DNA of 21,898 nt from a virus (taxonomy: Duplodnaviria > Heunggongvirae > Uroviricota > Caudoviricetes): IMG/VR virus record IMGVR_UViG_2529292734_000006, one strand, 5' to 3'. Below are positions 9,893 through 19,134 of this stretch, piece after piece. Position 1 is the first letter of the stretch; each line of letters starts with the position of its first letter. Under the pieces are notes generated by a model. It saw only the letters and a list, made by a program, of their open reading frames with translations, made no database searches and was not told where the DNA came from. The position numbers and the translations under genes are program-made.

Positions 9893-11851
9893 ATGCAGGC
9901 AGGTCACCAGAGTGACGCGGATATTTATATTTATGACGAGATTGGTTTCTGGGGTGTTACGGCGAAGCAGTTTATCAGTGATCTGAATGCACTGGGCGAT
10001 ATCACCCACATTAATCTCCATATTAATTCACCGGGTGGCGATGTCTTTGAAGGCATCGCCATTTTTAATGCACTGAAAACACATGGTGCGTCCATTACCG
10101 TTTATGTCGACGGTGTGGCGGCGTCAATGGCGTCGGTCATTGCGATGGTGGGAAACCCGGTCATTATGCCGGAAAACTCCTTCATGATGATTCATAAACC
10201 ATTTGGCTTTACGGGCGGTGATGCGGAGGACATGCGCACCTATGCCGACCTGCTCGATAAAGTTGAGGCGGTTCTGTTACCCGCTTATGCACAGAAAACC
10301 GGGAAAACCACCGATGAAATTGCTGCCATGCTGGCGGATGAGACCTGGATGTCCGGTGCCGAATGTCTGGCACAGGGATTTGCTGATCAGGTGACACCAG
10401 CCGTTAAGGCAATGGCATGTATTCAGTCAAAACGTACAGAGGAATTTAAAAAGATGCCGGAATCCATTCGAAATATGATTACTCCGCCACGCAACAGTGC
10501 TCCACGCGTACAGGATGATGGACCTGCAGCCTCCCGGACGCCAGTGCAGGCAGCAGCACCCGTGGTGGATGAAAACAGCATCCGTGCGCAGGTCCTGGCA
10601 GAGCAAAAAGCGCGTGTAAACGGTATTAATGATCTGTTTGCCATGTTTGGCGGGCGTTATCAGTCGTTGCAGGCTCAGTGTCTTGCCGATCCTGAATGTT
10701 CGCTGGAGCAGGCCCGCGAAAAGCTGTTGAACGAGATGGGGCGCGAGTCCACGCCATCCAATAAAAATACCCCGGCTCATATTTATGCCGGTAACGGTAA
10801 TTTTGTGGGGGACGGGATCCGCCAGGCGCTGATGGCGCGCGCCGGGTTTGAAAAAACTGAACGTGATAATGTCTACAACGGGATGACCCTGCGTGAATAT
10901 GCCCGTATGTCACTGACTGAACGTGGTATTGGTGTTTCCAGTTATAACCCGATGCAGATGGTCGGTGCGGCGTTCACACACAGTACGTCTGACTTCGGTA
11001 ATATTCTGCTGGATGTTGCGAACAAAGCCATTCTGCAGGGCTGGGAAGATGCCCCTGAAACCTATGAACAGTGGACGCGGAAAGGTCAGTTGTCTGATTT
11101 TAAAATTGCCCATCGTGTGGGTATGGGGGGCTTCAGTGCTCTGCGTCAGGTGCGTGAAGGGGCAGAATATAAATACGTCACCACCGGAGATAAACAGGCC
11201 ACTATTGCACTGGCGACCTATGGCGAGCTGTTCAGTATCACCCGTCAGGCCATTATCAATGATGATCTGAATATGCTGACCGATGTCCCGATGAAGCTGG
11301 GCCGTGCGGCGAAATCCACTATTGCCGATCTGGTTTATGCCATTCTGACGTCTAACCCGAAAATCTCCACAGATAATGTAAGTCTGTTCGATAAAGCGAA
11401 ACATGCAAACGTACTGGAGAGCGCGGCAATGGACGTGGCATCGCTGGATAAAGCCCGCCAGTTGATGCGCGTTCAGAAAGAGGGTGAGCGTCATCTGAAT
11501 ATTCGTCCTGCGTTCGTACTGGTACCGACGGCGATGGAGTCTGTTGCTAACCAGGTCATTCGCTCCTCAAGTGTCAAGGGGGCTGACATTAACGCCGGTA
11601 TTATTAACCCGGTGAAAGATTTTGCGACCGTTATTGCAGAGCCTCGTCTTGATGATAACAGCCAGACCACCTTCTACCTGGCTGCGTCCAAAGGCTCCGA
11701 TACGATTGAAGTGGCTTATCTCAACGGTGTGGATACGCCATATATTGATCAGATGGAGGGCTTCAGTGTGGATGGCGTGACAACGAAAGTGCGTATTGAC
11801 GCTGGTGTTGCGCCAGTTGATCACCGCGGCCTGGTGAAATGTACGGCGTAA
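9893..11851 (+). CDS. Fused prohead protease (ClpP/S14-like), scaffold and HK97-fold major capsid protein
   Basis: Single open frame of about 652 aa. N-terminal ClpP-like domain (YIYDEIG...INSPGGDVFEG...GVAASMASVIA...MMIHKP), a Pro/Ala-rich linker with coiled-coil-like region, and a C-terminal capsid domain of about 300 aa. The start at ATG 9893 is chosen just after the portal stop; the longer track ORF (9632) would overlap the portal by 250 bp. Confidence 0.8.
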   Translation: MQAGHQSDADIYIYDEIGFWGVTAKQFISDLNALGDITHINLHINSPGGDVFEGIAIFNALKTHGASITVYVDGVAASMASVIAMVGNPVIMPENSFMMIHKPFGFTGGDAEDMRTYADLLDKVEAVLLPAYAQKTGKTTDEIAAMLADETWMSGAECLAQGFADQVTPAVKAMACIQSKRTEEFKKMPESIRNMITPPRNSAPRVQDDGPAASRTPVQAAAPVVDENSIRAQVLAEQKARVNGINDLFAMFGGRYQSLQAQCLADPECSLEQAREKLLNEMGRESTPSNKNTPAHIYAGNGNFVGDGIRQALMARAGFEKTERDNVYNGMTLREYARMSLTERGIGVSSYNPMQMVGAAFTHSTSDFGNILLDVANKAILQGWEDAPETYEQWTRKGQLSDFKIAHRVGMGGFSALRQVREGAEYKYVTTGDKQATIALATYGELFSITRQAIINDDLNMLTDVPMKLGRAAKSTIADLVYAILTSNPKISTDNVSLFDKAKHANVLESAAMDVASLDKARQLMRVQKEGERHLNIRPAFVLVPTAMESVANQVIRSSSVKGADINAGIINPVKDFATVIAEPRLDDNSQTTFYLAASKGSDTIEVAYLNGVDTPYIDQMEGFSVDGVTTKVRIDAGVAPVDHRGLVKCTA

Positions 11852-11875
11852 ACGTCGCAGACAACAACTCTGATG

Positions 11876-11894
11876 GCCCGTAAGGGCTTTTTTT
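11876..11894 (+). terminator. Terminator-like hairpin plus T7 run downstream of the capsid gene
   Basis: GCCC-GTAA-GGGC followed by TTTTTTT, immediately after the capsid stop. A second 7-bp hairpin (CAGCCCC-TGAAC-GGGGCTG, 11906-11924) sits just before the next gene's ribosome-binding site. Confidence 0.4.
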
Positions 11895-11937
11895 GTACCT
11901 GAAATCAGCCCCTGAACGGGGCTGTGCGGAGACAGTT

Positions 11938-12261
11938 ATGGCAAAGAATTTTGTAGAAGAAGGAAAAACGGTGGCGATTGTTGCCAGTGCAGCCATCAGC
12001 AGCGGAGATCTGGTGCAGGTGGGTGATGTTTTTGCGGTGGCGCTGACCGATATTCCACAGGGAGAAACAGGCGACGGCATAACCGAAGGTGTGTTTATGC
12101 TGCCTAAGCTGAAAACGGATGACATGAAAACGGGTAAGAAGGTTTATCTGAAGTCAGGAAAAGTTCAGCTGACTAACAGCGGCTCTGATCCGCTGGTCGG
12201 GGTTGTATGGGCAGATGCCGGAACCAGTGCAGAAGAAGTGCCGGTAAAACTCAATGTCTGA
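11938..12261 (+). CDS. Small head protein (DUF2190-like; putative capsid decoration or head-completion protein)
   Basis: 107 aa from ATG 11938 with GGAGACAG ribosome-binding site; beta-rich, Gly/Val-rich; position directly after the major capsid gene. Confidence 0.5.
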   Translation: MAKNFVEEGKTVAIVASAAISSGDLVQVGDVFAVALTDIPQGETGDGITEGVFMLPKLKTDDMKTGKKVYLKSGKVQLTNSGSDPLVGVVWADAGTSAEEVPVKLNV

Positions 12262-12529
12262 TCCCTTTTCCCGGCTGGCAGCGCGTATGGATGCGATCAC
12301 GGTCAGAAAGATGGGAAAGACAGCCTCGATTAATGATGTCGATATGACTGTGATCCCGGGAGAAACACTGGCAGAGCTGAATGCTCTGTCCGGACCTGCG
12401 GTCTCTCTGGTGGTGTTTTCTTCGGGATACCGCCCACGGCGCGGGGATCGCGTTGTTTATGACGGACAACAATGGACGGTCACACGGCATGAACGTTTTA
12501 ACGGTAAGCCAATGATCTTTATTGAGTAA
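12254..12529 (+). CDS. Head-tail adaptor/joining protein (gpFII-like position)
   Basis: 91 aa; start overlaps the previous stop; the ...RRGDRVVYDGQQWTV... motif is typical of phage head-tail joining proteins; sits between head and tail modules. Confidence 0.5.
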   Translation: MSDPFSRLAARMDAITVRKMGKTASINDVDMTVIPGETLAELNALSGPAVSLVVFSSGYRPRRGDRVVYDGQQWTVTRHERFNGKPMIFIE

Positions 12530-12540
12530 AGAGGTGTGGG

Positions 12541-13119
12541 ATGAAGGGGCTTGAGAATGCCATCCGCAATCTGAACAGCCTTGATACCCGTATGGTGCCA
12601 CAGGCCAGCGCATGGGCGATAAACCGTGTGGCACAGAAAGCGGTCTCGGTTGCCACCCGGCAGGTTGCCGGGAATACCGTTGCGGGAGATAACCAGGTGA
12701 AAGGGATCCCCCTGAAACTGGTACGTCAGCGTGTCCGGGTGTTTAAAGCCAGTCCGTCAGGAAAAATGACGGCCAGGATCCGCGTTAACCGGGGCAATCT
12801 GCCCGCCATTAAGCTAGGGACAGCCCGGGTCAGACTGGCCCGGCGTGGTGGAAAACTGCAGTACCGTGGCAGTGTGCTGAAGGTGGGTAAATATCTTTTC
12901 CGGGATGCGTTTATTCAGCAACTGGCGAATGGTCGCTGGCATGTGATGCGACGTATTGATGGCAAAAATCGTTACCCCATTGATGTGGTGAAAATCCCGC
13001 TGTCCGGACCGCTGACACAGGCATTTGAAGATGCCCGCGACCACATCATTGCTGCGGAAATGCCGAAACAGCTGGGGTATGCACTGAAACAACAACTGAG
13101 GTTATGGCTGACCCGATGA
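12541..13119 (+). CDS. Minor tail protein Z-like (tail completion)
   Basis: 192 aa, the same length as lambda gpZ, located immediately before the U homolog; AGAGGTG ribosome-binding site. Confidence 0.6.
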   Translation: MKGLENAIRNLNSLDTRMVPQASAWAINRVAQKAVSVATRQVAGNTVAGDNQVKGIPLKLVRQRVRVFKASPSGKMTARIRVNRGNLPAIKLGTARVRLARRGGKLQYRGSVLKVGKYLFRDAFIQQLANGRWHVMRRIDGKNRYPIDVVKIPLSGPLTQAFEDARDHIIAAEMPKQLGYALKQQLRLWLTR

Positions 13120-13517
13120 ACCGACATACACAAATCCGCCAGGCCGTACTGGCACGCCTTCGGGAACAGTGTGGAGACAGCGCCACGTTTTTTGACGGGC
13201 TTCCGGCATTTATTGATGCGCAGGAACTGCCTGCCGTGGCGGTGTGGCTGAGTGATGCTCAGTACACCGGAAAAATGACGGATGAAGATGACTGGCAGGC
13301 TGTTCTGCATATTGCCGTCTTCATCCGGGCACAGGCACCGGATTCAGAGCTGGATATGTGGATGGAGAGCACCATTTTCCCTGCCCTGAATGATATACCG
13401 GCACTTTCCGGACTCATCGACACCCTGATCCCACTCGGTTTTAACTATCAACGTGATAATGAGATGGCCACCTGGGCGATGGCGGAAATCACGTACCAGA
13501 TCACGTACACGAATTAA
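13116..13517 (+). CDS. Tail terminator protein U
   Basis: MNRHTQIRQAVLARL...ATFFDGLPAFIDAQELPAVAVWLSDAQYTG...VFIRAQAPDSELDMWMES...IPALSGLI...ITYQITY aligns by eye with lambda gpU as recalled. ATGA overlap with the Z stop. Confidence 0.85.
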   Translation: MNRHTQIRQAVLARLREQCGDSATFFDGLPAFIDAQELPAVAVWLSDAQYTGKMTDEDDWQAVLHIAVFIRAQAPDSELDMWMESTIFPALNDIPALSGLIDTLIPLGFNYQRDNEMATWAMAEITYQITYTN

Positions 13518-13527
13518 GGAGGTGGTA

Positions 13528-14271
13528 ATGACCACACCAAATCCACTGGCAAAGACGAAAGGTGCGGGGACGACGTTCTGGATGTATACCGGCAACGGCG
13601 ATGCGTTTGCGAACCCTTTGTCGGACACTGACTGGCTGCGTCTTGCGATGGTGAAGGATCTGCAACCTGGCGAAATGACCGCTGATGCAGAAGATGACAC
13701 TTATCTCGATGATGAAGATGCAGACTGGAAAACGACAACCCAGGGGCAGAAATCCGTTGGTGATACTTCGGCGACGCTGGCCTGGCGTCCGGGTGACAGC
13801 GGGCAGAAAAAACTGGTTCAGTTGTTCGACTCCGGTGAAGTCTGCGCGTTTCGTATCAAATATCCCAACGGCACTGTTGATGTTTTCCGTGGCTGGCTGA
13901 GCTCACTGGGTAAAACCATTGCCTCAAAAGACGTGATGACCCGCACTGTGAAAATCAGCGGTGTGGGGCGTCCGTATCTGGCAGAGGAAGGCACTGAAAC
14001 CGTGAGCGTTACCGGGCTGACAGTATCACCGGCGTCTGCCAGTGTAAAAGTGGGAGCAACCACCACGCTGACCTTTACAGTAAAACCTGACGGAGCCAGT
14101 GACAAAGCGATCAGTGTGCATTCGTCAGATCCACAGACTGCCACGGTTACCCTGAACGGACTTGTGGCCACGGTAAAAGGCGTGAAGCAGGGCAGTGTCA
14201 GCATTGTGGGCATGACCGCTGACGGGAATTTTGTGGCTGTGACTGCGGTGACTGTCAGCGCAGCAGGTTAA
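13528..14271 (+). CDS. Major tail protein V with C-terminal Ig-like (Big_2) domain
   Basis: MTTPNPLAKTKGAGTTFWMY...NPLSDTDW...YLDDEDADW...IKYPNGTVDVFRGW closely matches lambda gpV as recalled. The C-terminal roughly 90 aa is Ig-like (TVSVTGLTVSPASASVKVGATTTLTF...). Strong AAGGAGGTGG ribosome-binding site. Confidence 0.9.
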   Translation: MTTPNPLAKTKGAGTTFWMYTGNGDAFANPLSDTDWLRLAMVKDLQPGEMTADAEDDTYLDDEDADWKTTTQGQKSVGDTSATLAWRPGDSGQKKLVQLFDSGEVCAFRIKYPNGTVDVFRGWLSSLGKTIASKDVMTRTVKISGVGRPYLAEEGTETVSVTGLTVSPASASVKVGATTTLTFTVKPDGASDKAISVHSSDPQTATVTLNGLVATVKGVKQGSVSIVGMTADGNFVAVTAVTVSAAG

Positions 14272-14291
14272 CAGGACGATACTCATCATTT

Positions 14292-14315
14292 GCCCCGGTT
14301 ATGCGGGGCTTTTTT
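14292..14315 (+). terminator. Rho-independent terminator-like hairpin after V (GCCCCG-GTTATG-CGGGGC plus T6)
   Basis: 6-bp GC stem with 6-nt loop followed by TTTTTT, located between V and G. Confidence 0.5.
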
Positions 14316-14331
14316 GCAGGTGGAGAACATG

Positions 14332-14718
14332 ATGTTTCTGAAACAGGACACGTTTAATTATGAAAAACAGTCCGTGGTGCTCAGTGAGCTGTCCGGGCTG
14401 CAGAGAATTGAATATCTGACGTTTGTTCAGCAGCGAACGGCAAAGTTTGATGCCGGGGAGGGAGAACTGCCGGAGGCTGAACGACAGATTGCTTTTCTGC
14501 GGATGGGGATGGATATCAATGCCTGGCTGGTTTCCCGCTCACTGTGGAATGCGGATCAGTCTAAGGATGTAGAGACGCTTTGCGCATCCGTTATTACAAC
14601 ATGGTCGTATGATGCCCTGGGTGCGGGGGCGGAGATGGTTCTGTCGCTGAGCGGTATGGGGGCCATTGATAATGCCGTGGATGATGAGCATGAGGCGCTG
14701 ACGCCGGAAAAGTCCTGA
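14332..14718 (+). CDS. Tail assembly chaperone G
   Basis: MFLKQDTFNYEKQSVVLSELSGLQRIEYL... matches lambda gpG (MFLKTESFEH...LSELSALQRIEHL) as recalled. An alternative ATG is at 14329. Confidence 0.85.
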   Translation: MFLKQDTFNYEKQSVVLSELSGLQRIEYLTFVQQRTAKFDAGEGELPEAERQIAFLRMGMDINAWLVSRSLWNADQSKDVETLCASVITTWSYDALGAGAEMVLSLSGMGAIDNAVDDEHEALTPEKS

Positions 14719-14726
14719 CGCGGGAA

Positions 14727-15056
14727 ATGCAGTTTGTCATGCGGCTTGCCCGGGAGTTCCGGCGGGCAGACTGGCGGCGGATGCTGTCGGAAATGTCGGC
14801 CACTGAGCTTGGTGAGTGGGGCGATTATTTCCGGATGCAGAGCTTCAGTGATGTGTGGATGGATGCGCAGTTTGCCTCGCTGAAGGCATTGATCGTGAGA
14901 ATGGTGTCCGGCAGCAGTGATGCTGCGGTGGCTGATTTCAGCCTTTTACCGGAAGAGAACGGGATACCGGAGCGAACGGACGAAGAACTGATGCATCTTG
15001 GGGAAGGTATTTCCGGAGGTGTGCGTTATGGACCAGATAGCCAACCTGGTCATTGA
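14727..15056 (+). CDS. Tail assembly protein T, expressed as a G-T fusion by -1 programmed ribosomal frameshift
   Basis: The T frame is -1 relative to G and open from 14694. Candidate slip site GGAAAAG at 14706-14712, just before the G stop. Architecture conserved with lambda G/GT. Coordinates are given from the first ATG in the T frame; the true fusion product would span 14332..15056. Confidence 0.7.
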   Translation: MQFVMRLAREFRRADWRRMLSEMSATELGEWGDYFRMQSFSDVWMDAQFASLKALIVRMVSGSSDAAVADFSLLPEENGIPERTDEELMHLGEGISGGVRYGPDSQPGH

Positions 15057-18000
15057 TTTGGGGATTGATGCGGCAGAGTTTAAAAATGAAATTCCCCGTA
15101 TCAAAAACCTTCTGAATGGTGCAGCCAGCGATGCAGAACGGTCTTCTGCCCGTATGCAGCGTTTTATGGAGCGTCAGACTCAGGCCGCCCGGCAGACAAC
15201 GCAGGCAGCTTCTTCGGCTGCAACAGCCGCATCCGTCCATGCGCAGACGGTGGAGAAGAACGCACAGGCTCATGAACGCATGGCCCGCGAGGTGGAGAAA
15301 ACCCGCCAGCGCATGGAGGCACTGAGCCAGAAAATGCGCGAGGAACAGGCGCAGGCCATGGCTCTGGCGGAGGCTCAGGATAAAGCGGCTGCTGCGTTTT
15401 ATCGTCAGATTGACAGTGTGAAACAGGCCAGTGCGGGGCTGCAGGAATTACAGCGTATTCAGCAGCAGATCCGACAGGCCAGAAACAGTGGCGGGATTGG
15501 TCAGCAGGATTATCTGGCGCTGATTTCTGAGGTTACTGCGAAAACCCGTGTTCTTACACAGGCTGAGGAAGAGGCTACCCGACAGAAAGTGGCGTTTATC
15601 CGTCAGCTTAAAGAGCAGGCAACCCGCCTGAATCTTTCATCTTCTGAGTTGCTTCGTGCTAAGGCAGCCCAGCTGGGGGTAAGCAGTGCTGCAGAAGTGT
15701 ATATCCGCAAAATGGAGCAGGCAGGAAAAGCCACGCATTCGCTGGGTCTGAAAAGTGCAGCAGCCCGCCAGGAGATAGGCGTTCTGATAGGTGAACTGGC
15801 CCGCGGCAATTTAGGGGCGCTGAGGGGATCCGGGATAACGCTGGCTAACCGTGCCGGATGGATAGACACACTGATGTCACCGAAAGGCATGATGCTTGGC
15901 GGGGTTATTGGCGGTATTGCCGCGGCCGTCTATGGTCTGGGTAAAGCCTGGTATGACGGTCAGAAGGAGGGGGAAGAATTTAACCGCCAGTTGTCGCTGA
16001 CGGGGCATTATGCCGGAGTCACTGCCGGGCAGCTGTGGACGCTCAGTCGTGCTATTTCCGGGAATGGTATCACGCAACATGCTGCAGCCGGTGCGCTGGC
16101 TCAGGTGGTGGGGAGTGGTGCATTTCGTGGAAACGATATCGGTATGGTGGCGAGAGCTGCCGCACAGATGGAGCGATCGGTTGGCCAGTCGGTCAGCGAT
16201 ACCATAAATCAGTTTAAGCGGCTGAAGGATGATCCTGTAAATGCCGCGAAGGCTCTGGACAATGAGCTGCATTTTCTTACTGCCACTCAGCTTGAGCAGA
16301 TACGCGTCCTTGGGGAGCAGGGGCGGTCCAGTGATGCTGCACGGATAGCCATGTCTGCACTGGCAGAGGAAACCGGTCGGCGTACTGCGGATATTGATAA
16401 TAACCTCAATGCGCTTGGCAGTACGCTGAAGTATCTGTCTGATTTGTGGAGTCGTTTCTGGGATGCGGCCATGAATATTGGTCGTGAAGACTCGCTGGAT
16501 GAACAGATTGCCGCTTTACAGGAGAAAGTGTCGCGGGCGAAAAGACTCCCCTGGACGGCATCATCTTCTCAGGTTGAATACGATCAGCAGCGTCTTAACG
16601 ATCTTCAGGAGAAAAAACGCCAGAAGGATTTGCAGGATGCAAAAGAGCAGGCAGAGCGGAATTATCAGGAGCAACAGAAACGCCGTAATGCTGAAAATGC
16701 TGCACTGAACCGGATGAATGAAACGGAAGCAGCACGACATCAGCGTGAAATTGCGCGTATTAATGCCATGCAGTACGCCGATCAGGCTGTCAGGGATGCG
16801 GCGATACAACGTGAAAATGAACGTTACGAGAAAGCCCTGGCATCCGGTAAGAAAAAACACGCGAAACCCGTAATGATGAGGCCACCCGGTTATTGCTGCA
16901 GTACAGTCAGCAACAGGCACAGGTGGAAGGACAGATTGCTGCTGCCAGACAGTCAGCAGGCATTGCCACGGAAAGGATGACAGAAGCGCATAAACAGCTT
17001 CTGGCTCTGCAGCAGCGCATCAGCGACCTGGACGGGAAAAAACTGACGGCAGATGAAAAGAGTGTGCTGGCCCGTAAAGATGAACTGATTCAGGCACTGA
17101 CGCTGCTGGATGTAAAACAGCAGGAGCTTCAGAAACAGACGGCACTCAACGAGCTGAAGAAAAAAACAATTCAGCTGACCAGTCAACTGGCTGAAGAAGA
17201 GCGCGCTCAGCGTCAGCAACATGACCTGGATATCGCCACGGTGGGTATGGGTGATCAGCAGCGACAGCGATATCAGGTACAACTGAGTCTTCGCCAGAAA
17301 TACCAGCAACAGCTGGAGCAGTTGAGGCGGGATAGTGAGCAGAAAGGGACATATAACACGGATGACTACAGAAAGGCCGAGCAGGCGCTGACGGAGAGCC
17401 TGAACCGACAACTGAATGAGAATCGCCGTTACTGGCAACAGCTTGAAGTTGTGCAGGGTAACTGGAAAAACGGAGTCCTGCGTGCATTTCAGGATTTTAC
17501 CGTGGATGCAGATAATACGGCAGAAACAGCAGAACAGGTGTTCTCGTCAGCCTTCAGCAACATGGGAAATGGCCTGGCAACTTTTGTCACTACCGGCAAA
17601 CTCAATTTCAAATCCTTCACCTCTTCTGTGCTGTCAGATATGGCGAAAATCCTGGCGCAGGCAACCATGATGAAATCGATAAAAGGGATTGGCAGTGTAC
17701 TGGGATTTGATCTCAGCAGCCTTTCCCTGAATGCCAATGGGGGGATTTATCAGTCTGCTGATTTGAGTCGTTACAGTGGCACGGTGGTTAACCGTCCGAC
17801 GTTTTTTGCTTTTGCAAAAGGCGCGGGTGTGATGGGGGAAGCGGGACCTGAAGCCATTCTGCCATTGCGTCGTGGTGCTGACGGTAAGCTGGGGGTTGTG
17901 GCGGATATTGGGGGTTCAGGTATGGCGATGTTTTCCCCGCAGTACAACATCGAGATCAATAACGATGGCACGAACGGGCAGATAGGTCCGGCTGCCCTGA

Positions 18001-18092
18001 AGGTGGTTTATGACCTTGGGAAAAAAGCGGCAGCGGACTTTATGCAACAGCAGGCCCGTGATGGTGGTCGGTTAAGTGGAGCATATCGGTAA
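15028..18092 (+). pseudogene. Tail tape measure protein H, interrupted by a -1 frame disruption near 16865-16880
   Basis: Two overlapping ORFs (15028..16980 and 16893..18092) both match lambda gpH as recalled: the N-terminal part (DLVIDLGIDAAEF...) and the C-terminal part (...INNDGTNGQIGPAALKVVYD...RDGGRLSG). The frames join at ...KKKHAKPV / NDEATRLLLQYSQQ..., consistent with one missing base in cccgtaatgatgag. ATG 15028 has a GGAGGTG ribosome-binding site. Confidence 0.8.
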
Positions 18093-18421
18093 TGGAGACG
18101 TTTCACTGGAAAGTGCGCCCGGATATGAATGTGGTATCAGAGCCGAAAGTGGTGACAGTGAAGCTGGGCGATGGTTATGAACAGCGTCGTGCGGCGGGAC
18201 TGAATAACCAGTTGTCGATTTACAGCGTGACGATACGTGTTCGTAAATGTGAACACCCATCTTTAAAAGCCTTTCTGGAACGGCACGGTGGCGTCCGCGC
18301 ATTTCAGTGGACGCCACCTTATGACTGGAAGCCGATCAGGGTGGTTTGTCGTAAATGGTCGGCAAGCGTGGGGGCGTTGTGGGTAACCATAACGGCAGAT
18401 TTTGAACAGGTCGTGGCATAG
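18092..18421 (+). CDS. Minor tail protein M
   Basis: METFHWKVRPDMNVVSEPKVVTVKLGDGYEQR...LERHGG...WTPPYDW... matches lambda gpM as recalled; TAATG overlap with the H stop. Confidence 0.85.
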   Translation: METFHWKVRPDMNVVSEPKVVTVKLGDGYEQRRAAGLNNQLSIYSVTIRVRKCEHPSLKAFLERHGGVRAFQWTPPYDWKPIRVVCRKWSASVGALWVTITADFEQVVA

Positions 18422-18430
18422 GAGTCTCTG

Positions 18431-19129
18431 ATGCAGGATATTCCACAGGAAACACATCATGAGACGACACGCCTCACTCAGTCAGCCCAGGTGGTGCTCT
18501 GGGAAATCGATCTGACAGTGGTCGGTGGAGAACGTTATTTTTTCTGTAATGAGCAGAACGATAAAGGTGAGCCGGTCACCTGGCAGAGGCGACAGTATCA
18601 GGCGTATCCCATTCAGGGGACGGGATTTGAACTGAACGGCAAAGGCAGTGCTGCCCGTCCGACACTGACGGTTTCTAACCTGCACGGCATGGTCACCGGG
18701 ATGGCGGAAGACCTGCAGAGTCTGGTCGGAGGAACGGTGGTCCGGCGTAAGGTTTACGCCCGTTTTCTGGATGCGGTGAACTTCGTCAACGGAAACAGTG
18801 ACGCCGATCCGGAGCAGGAGGTGATCAGCCGCTGGCGCATCGAGCAGTGCAGCGAACTGAGCGCGGTGAGTGCCTCTTTTGTACTGTCCACGCCGACGGA
18901 AACGGACGGCGCTGTTTTTCCGGGGCGCATCATGCTGGCTAATACCTGCACCTGGACCTATCGCGGTGATGAGTGCGGTTATCACGGTCCGGCGGTCGCG
19001 GATGAATATGACCAGCCGACCTCCGATATCACGAAGGATAAATGCAGCAAATGCCTGAGCGGCTGTAAGTTTCGCAATAACGTCGGCAACTTTGGCGGCT
19101 TCCTTTCCATTAACAAACTTTCGCAGTGA
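18431..19129 (+). CDS. Minor tail protein L (Fe-S cluster tail tip protein)
   Basis: 232 aa, the same length as lambda gpL; C-terminal Cys cluster (CTWTYRGDECGYHG...DKCSKCLSGC). Confidence 0.85.
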   Translation: MQDIPQETHHETTRLTQSAQVVLWEIDLTVVGGERYFFCNEQNDKGEPVTWQRRQYQAYPIQGTGFELNGKGSAARPTLTVSNLHGMVTGMAEDLQSLVGGTVVRRKVYARFLDAVNFVNGNSDADPEQEVISRWRIEQCSELSAVSASFVLSTPTETDGAVFPGRIMLANTCTWTYRGDECGYHGPAVADEYDQPTSDITKDKCSKCLSGCKFRNNVGNFGGFLSINKLSQ

Positions 19130-19134
19130 ATCCC

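Noticed and set aside
10910-11494. 194-aa ORF on the - strand
   Set aside because: Lies entirely antisense within the protease-capsid fusion gene; no ribosome-binding site and no recognisable motifs.
15116-17971. Multiple 60-160-aa ORFs on both strands inside the tape measure gene
   Set aside because: The tape measure sequence is repetitive and Gln/Ala/Arg-rich, which generates long spurious alternative frames; none has independent support.
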